Shown: positions 41,301-51,231 of the stretch, one piece after another
Layout of the letters: each line of letters begins with the position of its first letter
Numbering within the stretch: the stretch's first letter is position 1
NCBI GenBank assembly: GCA_002633005.1
Contig: NMRA01000364.1
Span: forward strand, 57,075 to 121,074
From: Phoronis australis
Lineage: Eukaryota > Animalia > Phoronida
Direction of reading: 5' to 3'
DNA: 64,000 nucleotides
The notes under the pieces: model-generated
What the model was told of the DNA's origin: nothing
What the model saw: only the letters and a program-made list of their open reading frames with translations
Databases searched by the model: none
Program-made: the position numbers and the translations under genes

Positions 41301-44300
41301 AGGATAGCGTCATCTCACTAATAGGTGCCTATATACCAAATTTCATGAAAATCCGTTCAGGACTTTTGAAGATACAAAGGTAAGCGTAAAAAACTAAAAT
41401 TGCCACTAGGGGGCACAACGGTAGTCGGATTTGTCCGAAAGTTCGCACATGCCGTCCCATTCATGAATGGAACATATGAGCCAAATTTCATGAACGTATG
41501 TCAAAGGGTTTTGGAGATAGAGCAGCGGACGCCAGACGCCGCCCGGACGGATGGACGGACGGACGGACAGAGATGACGGCATAATGCGTCCACATATATG
41601 TGGGCGCATAAAAATGATGGCTGTAATGATCACTATAACAACATTCAAGTATTGTTATCACTGATTAAACTCAAAAACAAGACTCACGTGAGGCCTGCAT
41701 GAAACAGGAGCGAGCAGCCTCCACATACTTGAGACAATCTACCTGTCGCCAATCGTGAAGCTGGACACCCGAACACAAGGACTGACACCTGTCAGGTATA
41801 CCAATGTAACGGCAGCAAGAACTGTAGTTGGCGCCACCTGCAGTGAGTTCATCATACTTACAAGAGTATGTAACACCCATTGTTCTAGGGAACTTCTAAC
41901 TAAAATTCATTAAATGCATTTTCGGCATAAAAAGGGCAAGTCCGCAGTGTGGTTTAGAGTTTTGTGGGTGGTTATAAATCATTGCTGTTGTTTACACACA
42001 ACAGACTGTTTTGTAAACACAGTTTAACCGAAGGTTTAAGGTCCTAGCCGAGAAGATAATTATTGTATTATCCCTTATGGGTTCTGAATAGCCCCGCCTG
42101 GAATGTGTGACTTTTGTAATTTAGAATCCAAATATTTCAAGCAGGCACTATCAGTGTCATAAAATGCAAATTTCTGGTTATATTTACACAATGTATCTAT
42201 TTTATTTGTAATCTTGGCACCAGCAGAATGATGTAAATACACTTTGAGACTAAATAGTTTTACATGACAGTTTTTTTTAAACCACAAAAACCAACAAAAT
42301 GTCGACCAAGTGATATAGCACAAGTCATCTACCATGCTCGCTAAAATGAAAACTTTTCAATCATATGAACTACCAGAAAATTGCTAAAGAAATTCACAAT
42401 ACCAGTCTGTGTAAAATACACACATCACGAATATACTGGTTCATAACATGTGTCCTTCAAATTGTTACATGGCACAAATGAAGAAACACAACATGGGAAA
42501 TTCAAATAAATGTCCCATGAGGAAATACGATGTTTCATGGGAGAAGTGACCTGTGTTTTATGGAACGTGGATTTTAAAAGCTCATTATTTACAGACCAAT
42601 TAAAATATTATTTTGGCAAACTCTACACAAAAATGAAGTCATCATTTTCAAAATCTACATATTGCACTCACTCTTAACTGAACTGGCCAAAAAAACTTGT
42701 CAAGGGTTTTGAGAAATCTCATTTTATTTGAGAACGAGTTGAGCTTCATTGGAAATTTTTTTGCTTGATTCACATTTCTGAAAGCATTTACTGATAACCT
42801 AAAAAAATTGGTTTCCCACAAATAAAGTAACTTCAAGAGACCAAGTCTGGAACTTGTTTATTTTGTAGCATCCATTAAACAGGATCAAAATGTCATTAGA
42901 TAAATCACAATTAAAACCATACACTTTCTTCAATTCTGCATAGTGTAAGTGAAAAATGAATGCTTTAATCAGTTAAAACAATATAAACCGACATAACTAT
43001 AAATTTCCCTGATGGTGTTGGTTTTATTCTTTTTTGGAGTCGGCAACCATATCGACTTCTTACACACACTTAAGTTTGCATACCCGTTATCAATGTTCAA
43101 TTTCCATTAATTGCATCAGCTACACAGAATGGTGTCTATGTTGATGATACAACTGCGAACATATTTCGTATATACCTCACCTGAGTAACAGTTCAGGATA
43201 CCAGGTAAGTCCGTGTAGCATCTAGCTGCGTTTGTGCCGGTCAAAGGCTTGCTCCTACTACACATGCCAGAGACGCAGTCTGCAACGACCTCGGACCGTC
43301 GACAACACCCTGACAATGAAAAGGAATGAAAACATTTCGTCTCCTGACACACCACGAAATCATGGATTCACACTTCTGCAACTTTGTGAATGTTTATGCG
43401 GCAGTTAAGTTCCTGCCAAAAAGAGTGGTATTGAATATAATACCTTTCAGAAGTTGTGCCGTGTATTTGACAGGGGTGGCAAAACAAAACTGTACAAAGA
43501 TGCAACGCTAGAGGGGAAAATGTGGAAAATTCTAATTGGAGTGGCGAGCATGTAGTGTCTGGCAAACATGTGGTGCAGTACTACTGGGATTTTCCATAGT
43601 TAAACCCACCTTATGAAATGCCCATGGGCATTTGTTCGGAAAATTATGCCCAATAAACGCCCATGGCGTTACAACTTCTGGTGTCAAGTGGGGCATTTAT
43701 TCAGAACATTTCCTCTTAAAAGCCCACTCAGCTTCAACTTTTTGTCACAAATTCCGTTTTGTGGAGTCTTGGTGTTTATTCGGTGTTACTGAAACACCTG
43801 AAAATTTTCATTTTCCGAATACACACGCATAGGCTTATCTACGGAAAATCCCGGTATTTAAATTTTCTGAAACTTTGTGAAGTTTTCCGGCACTTAAGTT
43901 TCTGACAAAAAGCGTGGTATTGAATATAATATCATTCAGAAGTTGTGCAAATTGACTCGCATGGCAAACCATATAAGAAGATGCAACGCTAGCGTGTAAA
44001 GCATGTAAACCACTCATTGGCGTGGCAAGCATATAGTGCAATACTAGCATAGAATGCGTGGGACATCACTTCCAAATACTTATTGAAGGGAAGGACTTAT
44101 TTAACATGATCTAAACTTTATACTGAGCACTAAATTTTTCATGACCATTGCAAAATTAAATCAAAATATTCAACACTCCTCACTGTGTTAAATAGAAAGT
44201 CCCAAAGTAATAGTCACATTACTTCAACACTCCTCACTGTGTGAATAGGATGTCCCAAGGTCACATTACCTATTAAATAGTGTTCACTGTACATTCAAGT

Positions 44301-47300
44301 GTTATTTACCCTAGTACTTTGTTTGCAGGACCCCCATCTCTGAATCCCCAAATACAAGGCACCAAAAGCAAATAACCTCACCTGCTATATCATGGTTATA
44401 GACGAGAACAGGCTTGAACGTTGTGACGATAACATGATAGGTGGGGCCACTGCTTCCATGGACATTGTATGCTACCATGTACAATTCGTATGATGTATCC
44501 GGCTTCACTCTATGGCCGTTGATGCTGCTTATACTGAAGCTGGCTTTAGATGCCTCGATTCTGTCAGTCTGAAAATCATACAGTATGAAATACAACATAA
44601 ATCAAATTGTACGCATAGGAAATTTGACTGCCACACAGAATTTCATTAATTTTGCTCTATTTCACGATGTAGAATTTAAGAATTTCAACACGCAGAAATA
44701 ATACTAAAATAAAAAATACTAGAAGTCATGTGTTTAAAGCTGTTATGAACACACCATCGACCAAAATACCTTCGGACAGGCCACGGTCTCAAGTTGACCC
44801 TTACTCATATTAGACTTGATGAAATTTTCTGGGTTGCAAAGAACTGATACTTGGTTACTGAGTTGCCCCAGTGGCTCACTTTTCATGCCAAGCATGGTCT
44901 GAAGCAAAATTGCCAATTGTTTGTGTTTCCCAAGAACAAAAATCGCTTTTAATCTGAATTAAAAAATTTTAGGTGGTAAATGGTGAAGATAAAAAGTGAC
45001 AACTTGGCAGCAAATGGATGAGTTACATTAACAGCTCCACAGGAAATGTTCCTTATATCTTGGCACACGTGTATTTAAAGCATGTCCCAAGATCGAGAAT
45101 ATTGTGTATTTCAAGAATTTACCGATTGAAAATTGTTTCGCATACAGGAACATGCAAAGCTTAACCAATAGGCACACATATTATAAATTGTGCTTTTTGC
45201 ACGCCTTTCGTTTATTCTTTGTACTTTTCATTTGATAAATAGTGAATGTTGGTTACACATCAAAATGTAGTGCTTTCCAACGGACAATCCAAAACTTACT
45301 TGCACGGTACTTTAAAGCTTACTCCTCGATTTTATTCCGTTTTGTATACGGGCCCATTACTGTCGAAACATGCACACACGGGCCAAGCTATGCACACATA
45401 CGCACACAGGCCAAGCTATGCACACATACGCACACAGGCCAAGCACACATACCAAATACACAATTGTGTCATAACCACTGAATCCAAAGCTTACAACATA
45501 CTAAATCCCAATGCGCATTGTGTTAAGATTGGAAGAACAACTACAAGGAAGACAGTAACTCAATCATCAGCCCTTACGGTAAAATCTCGCCAATTTAGGA
45601 CATATTATGGCCGACAAGTGAAATTTATGTTTTTATTTTTTCATGAAAGACTTACTAACACCTAATAATTGCTGTCTCGTTTTGAAAGATATATACCATG
45701 CCTACCTGCTGACGGTGATTGTGGCACACTATAAACATTCACAACTGTTAGAAGCTTTCGAAAAAAGAAAATAGACCAGTTTTGGCAATTATTTTGTCCG
45801 AAATTGATGAGATTTTACCCTAAATAACGTTGCACGAAAAGCTTTAGAGGGTTCTTTATCACATCACACTACTCCAGCAATGACTCACACTGTAGAATTC
45901 TTTAAAACCTAATTGTCTGTAGGACAACCGGTATGCAATGACTGTGTCCCCATTTATTCTCGGCTTAGCCCAAGATACGAGGATGGCGGACGTAGACTCA
46001 GGGACGGCCATCAGTTCAAAGGGAGGACTAGGCAATACCACTGTAAAGACATCAATAGTTTAAGCATCCAAGCTCTGTGGAATTTCAAGAGCAAAGTTAA
46101 TGACATTAATATAGTAGTGGAAAGTGCAGTTATGATTTAAAAATAACAGCACACCTGAATATGCGCTACTGAAAGAGGAACAGCAAAGAATAATTCTTCA
46201 AGAGTTCAAAAACAATATTTGTTGACCATATTTTGAAAAATGATGCTCGTTAATAACTGAATATAACAACTCCCTTCAAAATTAATAAACAGTACACAAA
46301 CATGGCAGAATTCTATTTATCACAACCATGTGACAACGTTAATTACCTTGTCCAACCGCATAACAAGACATTATGCTCTGCGCACTGGGCGCGAGGCATG
46401 AGCCCGGCTCACTCATGTTCCTTCCCGGCCATAACTGACAAAGGCCTAGACAGTCATCGCCAACACCTCGACGCTTGCAACAGTTAATGTGATTCCTTCC
46501 ATCTGCGGCAGAAACGTATACCAAATAGTAACTGTATATAAAGGAGAAAGATCTGAGGAAAGGCATTACGGTTCAATTATCACTGCCAATTAGGTAATCA
46601 ATTTCAATTATTTTGTGTATGAGCTGGGATACGCAAGAGTCTACAGCAAGACAGACTAGTGAAAAATTTTATAATAAAGTTATGTAAAAGAGCAACAAAG
46701 TTAAAAGTGAAAGGCCACTGAGTCTACTTCTATCAAACTGACTTCAAGTATATTTTGATTGCTTAGATATGAAAATGAAATTTTAACACCATCCAGTTTG
46801 CTCAATCTAGAACAAGTCAGAGGTTAAGTTATGCTAGGCGGGGACAGCACAGTGGTTACAAAAATGCTTGTTATACTAACCAACGTACACATGGTTGCAA
46901 ACACTTTCCACGGTAATCAAAAATCCAAGAAGACTTGTCATCACAGAACTTACCCGAGCCACACTGTAGAATGTTCAAAGCTTGGTCAATGCAAGTCTGT
47001 GATGTTTTGAACAGGTTTAGATCTGTAGTGTTGGATGAGCACAGTGACAGACATTCGGTTGACACATTTTTGGAGACACAACAGTCTGGAAAACAGCCAA
47101 CGAGATTCAACTACAATGCAACAATAGAGGGAGCATGCACGGACATCCCGGGTACATGTCCACTAGAATTAACTATTATCATGTTAGGACAAGCAGGTAT
47201 TTCAATGAAAAGCCTAGGTTTCTTTTTATTTTCATTTGAAATTTTATTCACTACTTTGCATACATTCACTAGTACGACTGAGCTCAGAGGAGTAGAAGAT

Positions 47301-50300
47301 ACCTTAATTTGTACAATGCTCCATTGTCAGCTAGTAAAGCCAGGATTTGCAGGTTTAGCAAAGAAAATCATTTAAGTACTGACATGAGACATGTTTACAC
47401 ATCTAGTTTTCAATGACTGCAGTACGTACAGGTTTACCATCATTATAGATGGTTCTGAAAACTAAATCATTCGTTTTACAAATTAATGGTGTTTGCACTG
47501 CCAAAAAATATCAAATCTCTCAATTCATCCCTACTAACAGTATAATCCAACACAGCAGATTCTCTAGTAAGGCTATCCATACTGTGCTGAAAAAGAGATC
47601 AAAAGCAAATATGATTTCGACAATTTTGTCCAGAGATGAGAAAAGGTTGAAGAATTGCAGTGCCCAATTACAAATACCTGCAAAGCAGGTGAGAGAGAAT
47701 GCAATAATAGCATAGTCCACAAGCTCAGTTACACTCACCTGTGAAATTGATGGCTGTAGGCATAGGTGGGGTTGGCTCTGGCTGCTTGGTGACTACCTCC
47801 AGCCAAGTAGACTGGTATATGGTGACATTGTTGGCCTCTGCAATGCACTGATACACACCCTCATCTTGGAGCTGGACAGGGTCGAGAAACAGCTTGTAGG
47901 AATGATAGTAGTCTAGGTAAACTGCAACCCAAAACACAAGTTAAAGCTACACTCCCAGGTTTTTCTCAACTTCGGAAGTCTGGGTTCATAAAAGTTAAAA
48001 TAGGAACAAAAATGCGTTCAGCCCACCCATGCCTACTCGAGTTGGTAGTCTGAGAATGATGTGACAGAACAATTCAAGCGCATACAACTTCCCCAAACAA
48101 TATCTGTCACGTTTTAATCCATGGATGGGTGGGCATAAACAGTAACAGACCTGCGCTAATAACTTTCGGTGCGATGATAGAGTGATCAGAGTTAATTATT
48201 AACTCTTCTCGATCGTATGCCTAATCAAACAACATGTTCCGACTTAATGTCTGTCCTGTGCTTCAGCCATTGCTGCATCGCCTTGCCTAATACAGTCATT
48301 GTTACACTCGCTGATTCAAATAACCTGCTGTCTCTACAGCTGTGTCTCTATTGACAAACGCTGTAACTGCTGATTCTGTTACAACAACACAACTCAACTT
48401 CAACAGACTCACCCTAACCTGTGCCCTGATGTTATAGTCTCTTACAATGTTCTAAGACTTTTCACCAGTAAAAAAACACATTCTAGAACTTTGCAGAAAT
48501 CTATAAACATTAACAAGGCTCCAGAATGTTCCAGACTATGGTTCGACTTTCTAATCACTTATATGATGGAACATTCTTCTACAGTGTCCTCTAGTTTTCT
48601 ATTGTAAATAAATTACACCATCAATACCCTGACCCCATGGATCAGTCTCCTGGAATGTTCTCCAGTATTCTATTGCAAAAATTGCATCACGACTAGCCTG
48701 ACCCCATGGGTCATGCCAGTCAAATGCCATCTGCAAGTGAACAAATAGAACAGCAAAATAAAACCAAAAGAATCAAAACCAGTGTGAGTCTACACCTGAC
48801 AATAATTGTAAAACAATGGTTGAGTATTTTGAATGGATTTCTATGATTTTGTAGCATTTATATTGTGCAATTATCGACAAGTTTATCCTTGTGAAAACAG
48901 TGCACCAAAAACACATGAGCTATGTCTCTAAAATATTGTCCATGACACCAATATTTTGTAAATAAATGTTTTAGGACAGTTTTTGGTGCAGTATTGACAT
49001 CAAGTACAAGTGTACAACCCAGCTGGCATGCCCACTAAATCCTCAGTTCAGTCCAGTCCAGTTTAAACCAGTTCTCAGTAATGGTCACTGTAAATCTATG
49101 TCTGCTACACTTACCATTATATTCAACACTGTACCGACTGCTGGCATTAGACGAGCCAACTAGTACGTCCGTGTTGGACGAGATCAGCACGTGGTCGCTT
49201 AAAAATCTCCACTTCAGCTGTGTAAAACAAAAGCATATACTTTGATGTTACATTACAGAGGTTTTGAAGAAAATGAGAGAAACGGAGATTCACGGGTATC
49301 AAATGAGAAACAAAAACACCAAGCTCAGTACTTCAAAACTCATTATCTAACTTGTGTGAACAAAAATTTGGAGAAAAGTAAAAGTAGACTGCGGTGATTT
49401 GAATAACAAAACCTTTTTCTATGAAAACCTGAACCTTACCCTATGTTTAATTCACAACTAAAGTGTACGATAACTCCTACAAAGGAGTCTATTTTTGAAA
49501 ACACCTAACTGACTTGAAATGTATCAGCATTTCATGAGATATTGACTATCAAAAATGTTGACAAAACACACAAAACAAATCACACAAGATTCTCAAATAA
49601 CCATACTCTTAGAACACAACCCATATGTGACATCAAAGGCAGAACTAGTGTTTTTATATTGTGGGGTAAGAGAACATTTTCCTACACGCCTCTTCTACAC
49701 CCCNGCCCAACCCCCATGCAAATACTTTCCACCACTGCCCCCAGTCGCTACCTCCGATGCCCTACAAATCACAAACTTTCCCCTCAAAGTTATCAAACTC
49801 CCACACCACTCCCCCTCCGCAAGTTCCCCTCCAGTTCAGTATGCACACACTTACCAACAGAGGGCCTGTTCCATTGTAAAACACCTTACAATAGAAATCC
49901 ACGTCGTAGGTGGCTCGAGTTTTCATGTTGCCACCCGGTGACACAAATCTCATCTCTTAAACCAAAAGAAAAGAAGGAGTCCACAGCATCAACTTAATAC
50001 TAAGAGGAATCAAGGAGCAATATTCACATACCAGTATGAAGTGTGAGCTGGCTTTTATATTTAGTTTGTGAGGCAGTCACAAGCAATAACTACACTCCCT
50101 CCCAGTGAGTGCCAGGGGTAGTGATGTGATAGGATCATGCAACATGGCTTATTCTAGCTGATTTACATATTAATAAAGTTACATTCGGACATTCCAATTG
50201 GTCAGAAAATCATAATCGCACAGTTTGACTGTTCGATGTTGAGAAATGCATACTGCTCCACCTATTGAGAAATGTTTTTGTGGCTTGTGGCAGCTTCAAT

Positions 50301-51231
50301 GACAAGAATAGACTAAATTAATGAATTTCGCATATCAACTTTGTGCTTTTTGATATACTGAAAAACGCAAGACGTCAAATCAACCAGCAAAATGATGGCT
50401 CATTACCGGATCATGTAGAACACAAAAAACAAAACCAAGGCATGCACACTTAGACCACGCAAGGTTTTCTGAATGTTGGTCATAATCCTTTCACAGGATG
50501 CAAGTCAGGCTCATTAAATGAATGCCGAGGATGGAACTTTAATAATAATGCATAGCACCTGCTGTCATTGGAACACACAAACTGAAATTATTAAATAAAC
50601 AAAAAAAGCTTCACAGCTTCTATTTTTCTGACACGAACAAAGATACAGGACTTAAACAGCGATGGAATGATCGGACTCTTTTCACGCTCCCTGAAGTATA
50701 CAACAGGTGTTACGCAACTCAACTACAACTTAACACAGGAGACATCTTTTGGCACATCTAGAACTCAGCTTATGAGTCCCTATTCACCACCAAAATTATC
50801 TACCAGTACACTAATAATAATGACAATAAAAATTACAAAAGATAAGTAATGCAAACACAAACCGACGTGGCACACTTGTCTACTAGAGGGTCAGTGTCAG
50901 TAGCCAGAAGGCTGAAGAGACAAACACTGCACAGACACAATACAACAAAGAAATAGACCCGGTTGCGCAAAATTAGCATAAATGAGACGATCACTTCTGC
51001 CTCGACACCACTCTTAGGATTTAGACGGGCAATCAACACGCAACAATATGACTGGACACAATTGGAGCATCTACTTCCACTATGTCAAATTTTTTCACAC
51101 CCACATCTACCCTAGGTCAGTTTGCACCAAGTCAAGCGGGTCATGTGAACGGCACGCTACTCACCTGTCTTGGCCACAACGCAGCCAGCAAAGCAAGCTC
51201 CAAGAATCATCGCTACAGACACGTACAACAT
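14162..51231 (-). CDS. Ig-like, fibronectin type-III and DB-module containing single-pass membrane protein (IGDB-like), 33 coding exons, 1632 aa
   Basis: 33 GT-AG exons join in frame (4899 nt): signal peptide MLYVSVAMILGACFAGCVVA, 3 Ig domains (DEGVYQC, DRGFYEC, DFTMYTC), 10 Cys-rich CC-x8-C-x3/4-C...C-x9/10-C half-repeats (5 DB modules), 6 FN3 domains (LPSPP..W..P..Y; Y.V.A.N.YG.S), a TM helix and a cytoplasmic tail. Confidence 0.88.
14889..15008. repeat. Minisatellite, 5 x 24 bp (ATTGTTTGGGTCAGGGCGCCATCT); duplicate at 15410-15529
   Basis: Five perfect units read directly. Confidence 0.95.
15616..15712 (-). CDS. IGDB-like exon 32: juxtamembrane cytoplasmic part (identical second copy at 15095-15191)
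   Basis: RIRRRTPVVKESVSFENQTYYSTNGGQHDPRVQ; basic stop-transfer residues follow the TM helix. Confidence 0.8.
16488..16572 (-). CDS. IGDB-like exon 31: transmembrane helix
   Basis: LPVAIGVGVGVSTLVVIVIVVMVACYVTR; ttttcag acceptor and gtttgt donor. Confidence 0.85.
17270..17628. repeat. Minisatellite, about 12 x 29 bp (ATTCATAAGCACAAAACATGGTCAGTTGT)
   Basis: Head-to-tail units without spacers, read directly. Confidence 0.95.
17956..18133 (-). CDS. IGDB-like exon 30: FN3-6b
   Basis: LTNLLSNTTYEIYVQAVNVYGSGPS. Confidence 0.86.
18635..18804 (-). CDS. IGDB-like exon 29: FN3-6a
   Basis: VLPSVPRQLAARIFNYTNINVTWLPPAIPGHFDVRYQVFY. Confidence 0.86.
19262..19645. repeat. Minisatellite, about 14 x 27-28 bp (TACTATACAGTCACACATGAAGACAAA)
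   Basis: Head-to-tail units, read directly. Confidence 0.95.
19841..19973 (-). CDS. IGDB-like exon 28: FN3-5b
   Basis: LLANHVYKIWVKASNNFGSSADSEPVYAT. Confidence 0.85.
21140..21312 (-). CDS. IGDB-like exon 27: FN3-5a
   Basis: KIPSPPLHVNATM...LLVEWGYPSKNHGMVQNYHVLY. Confidence 0.86.
21653..22520 (+). mobile_element. Helentron-associated (HINE-like) non-autonomous element with internal diverged tandem repeats
   Basis: 5' end AACAAGAGCAACGCTAGAGCGTTGACATTCGCCCAC is shared with 40463; recurring units such as tctagatat..ccagaaatgct..cccc and aggaggtgct. Confidence 0.6.
22630..22782 (-). CDS. IGDB-like exon 26: DB module 5b
   Basis: DGRDHSVCCRDAGVPSPCLNTC...CASFTSVMIKCL. Confidence 0.88.
23741..23875 (-). 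CDS. IGDB-like exon 25: DB module 5a
   Basis: DCCIKKNIPSKCLVAC...CANVSTEIIQCQA. Confidence 0.86.
24029..24097 (-). CDS. IGDB-like exon 24: Pro-rich linker
   Basis: ELSNGLPTPPVTPSPLPPVPNVR; tttcag acceptor and gtaaga donor, phase 1-1. Confidence 0.75.
24674..24967 (-). CDS. IGDB-like exon 23: Ig3
   Basis: YKPIVRV...GRTVRLECFFEG...WTR...LLIRNVTYVDFTMYTCYGNNSLG. Confidence 0.88.
25092..25945. mobile_element. Non-autonomous element with a long left palindrome and internal inverted repeats (Crypton-like, tentative)
   Basis: Imperfect palindrome 25092-25255 (core 25141-25206); TTATACCACA at 25256 and TGTGGTATAA at 25936 form an inverted pair. Confidence 0.5.
25784..25864 (+). pseudogene. tRNA-derived sequence (pol III A/B boxes; tRNA pseudogene or SINE head)
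   Basis: A box TGGTGTAGTGG at 25793 and B box GGTTCGACTCC at 25836 with tRNA-like spacing; acceptor and anticodon stems do not pair. Confidence 0.6.
27544..27664 (-). CDS. IGDB-like exon 22: Ig2 part b
   Basis: YKIDKVDRRDRGFYECTATNSIGSSRLGSRLDIL. Confidence 0.87.
29675..29808 (-). CDS. IGDB-like exon 21: Ig2 part a
   Basis: VLREGDTVAFYCYAEGIPAPTYMWTD. Confidence 0.87.
30391..30523 (-). CDS. IGDB-like exon 20: FN3-4b
   Basis: IQHLDYKAKYAVYAIAVNSYGASLPT. Confidence 0.86.
31085..31242 (-). CDS. IGDB-like exon 19: FN3-4a
   Basis: MLPSPPSRFYATSGLKVIKLHWQEPLRNPQNVVYEVYV. Confidence 0.86.
32123..32272 (-). CDS. IGDB-like exon 18: DB module 4b
   Basis: GSANHSSCCSKSNVPSECLGFC...CLTHTPSVFTCL. Confidence 0.86.
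32730..32894 (-). CDS. IGDB-like exon 17: DB module 4a
   Basis: NTRCCVKAGVQRQCLVYC...CLSDVSKILPCVS. Confidence 0.86.
33400..33556 (-). CDS. IGDB-like exon 16: FN3-3b
   Basis: VQKLEPDTRYYLSVAAYNSYGSSIMTPEVRVDT (not in the ORF track; translated by hand). Confidence 0.86.
33928..34475. mobile_element. Probable TTAA-type (Kolobok-like) MITE remnant
   Basis: TTAAGGTATGTAGAGCCC ... GGTCCTACATAACCTT imperfect inverted termini around an AT-rich core. Confidence 0.35.
34798..34955 (-). CDS. IGDB-like exon 15: FN3-3a
   Basis: VLPSFPLNLFVAGRDHSSITIGWTKPVSTPAGVDGYTILV. Confidence 0.86.
35973..36128 (-). CDS. IGDB-like exon 14: DB module 3b
   Basis: DGADHSPCCRRKGVSENCLPLC...CVAHISVGIQCL. Confidence 0.86.
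36325..37569. repeat. About 228-bp duplicated segment (36325-36552 and 37341-37568) either side of the N at 37339
   Basis: Near-identical copies with a few substitutions. Confidence 0.9.
36553..37338. mobile_element. TA-targeting DNA transposon (Tc1/mariner-pogo-like CCGTA terminus), truncated at an N
   Basis: TA-CCGTAAACGTTCGGGTTAACGCCC start; subterminal repeats GGGTGGGCGGTTAACC and GCCCTGGGCGGTT; absent after the duplicated flank at 37341-37569. Confidence 0.65.
37986..38114 (-). CDS. IGDB-like exon 13: DB module 3a
   Basis: CCVARGISGRCLDLC...CASKAKDVLLCAS. Confidence 0.86.
39039..39243 (-). CDS. IGDB-like exon 12: FN3-2b plus linker
   Basis: LKNLLSQTKYWVQVSSQGVNGTSLPSNRIYFNT. Confidence 0.85.
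39905..40053 (-). CDS. IGDB-like exon 11: FN3-2a
   Basis: DIPGPPTNVRLGSIGVNTQVRWDVPTKNPEKVTQYVVTY. Confidence 0.86.
40463..41614 (+). mobile_element. Helentron-associated (HINE-like) element spanning the assembly gap
   Basis: 5' AACAAGAGCAACGC..AGCGTTGA.ATTCGCC; 3' (GGAC)n microsatellite at 41544-41568, hairpin ATGCGTCCACATATATGTGGGCGCAT and ATAAAAA. The two ends may belong to different copies because of the gap. Confidence 0.6.
40887..41192. other. Assembly gap (306 N)
   Basis: Run of N. Confidence 1.
41688..41837 (-). CDS. IGDB-like exon 10: DB module 2b
   Basis: GGANYSSCCRYIGIPDRCQSLC...CLKYVEAARSCF. Confidence 0.86.
43181..43309 (-). CDS. IGDB-like exon 9: DB module 2a
   Basis: CCRRSEVVADCVSGMC...CYTDLPGILNCYS. 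Confidence 0.86.
43380..44038. repeat. Diverged direct repeat of about 170 bp (43380-43556 and 43871-44038)
   Basis: Shared aactttgtga...ttaagtt.ctg.caaaaag.gtggtattgaatataata...gatgcaacgctag. Confidence 0.75.
44382..44568 (-). CDS. IGDB-like exon 8: FN3-1b
   Basis: VKPDTSYELYMVAYNVHGSSGPT. Confidence 0.86.
45381..45452. repeat. Short tandem repeat, about 2.5 x 28 bp (GGCCAAGCTATGCACACATACGCACACA)
   Basis: Read directly. Confidence 0.8.
45889..46040 (-). CDS. IGDB-like exon 7: FN3-1a
   Basis: VLPSPPFELMAVPESTSAILVSWAKPRINGDTVIAYRLSY. Confidence 0.88.
46347..46502 (-). CDS. IGDB-like exon 6: DB module 1b
   Basis: DGRNHINCCKRRGVGDDCLGLC...CLAPSAQSIMSCY. Confidence 0.88.
46954..47085 (-). 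CDS. IGDB-like exon 5: DB module 1a
   Basis: DCCVSKNVSTECLSLC...CIDQALNILQCGS. Confidence 0.88.
47739..47921 (-). CDS. IGDB-like exon 4: Ig1 part c plus Pro-rich linker
   Basis: YKLFLDPVQLQDEGVYQCIAE...WLEVVTKQPEPTPP. Confidence 0.88.
49115..49217 (-). CDS. IGDB-like exon 3: Ig1 part b
   Basis: LKWRFLSDHVLISSNTDVLVGSSNASSRYSVEYN. Confidence 0.82.
49855..49955 (-). CDS. IGDB-like exon 2: Ig1 part a
   Basis: EMRFVSPGGNMKTRATYDVDFYCKVFYNGTGPLL; AG acceptor and gtaagt donor. Confidence 0.82.
51165..51231 (-). CDS. IGDB-like coding exon 1: signal peptide (full exon 51165-51273 including 5' UTR)
   Basis: MLYVSVAMILGACFAGCVVAKT; donor gtgagt; upstream acceptor tttttgcag at 51274. Confidence 0.8.
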
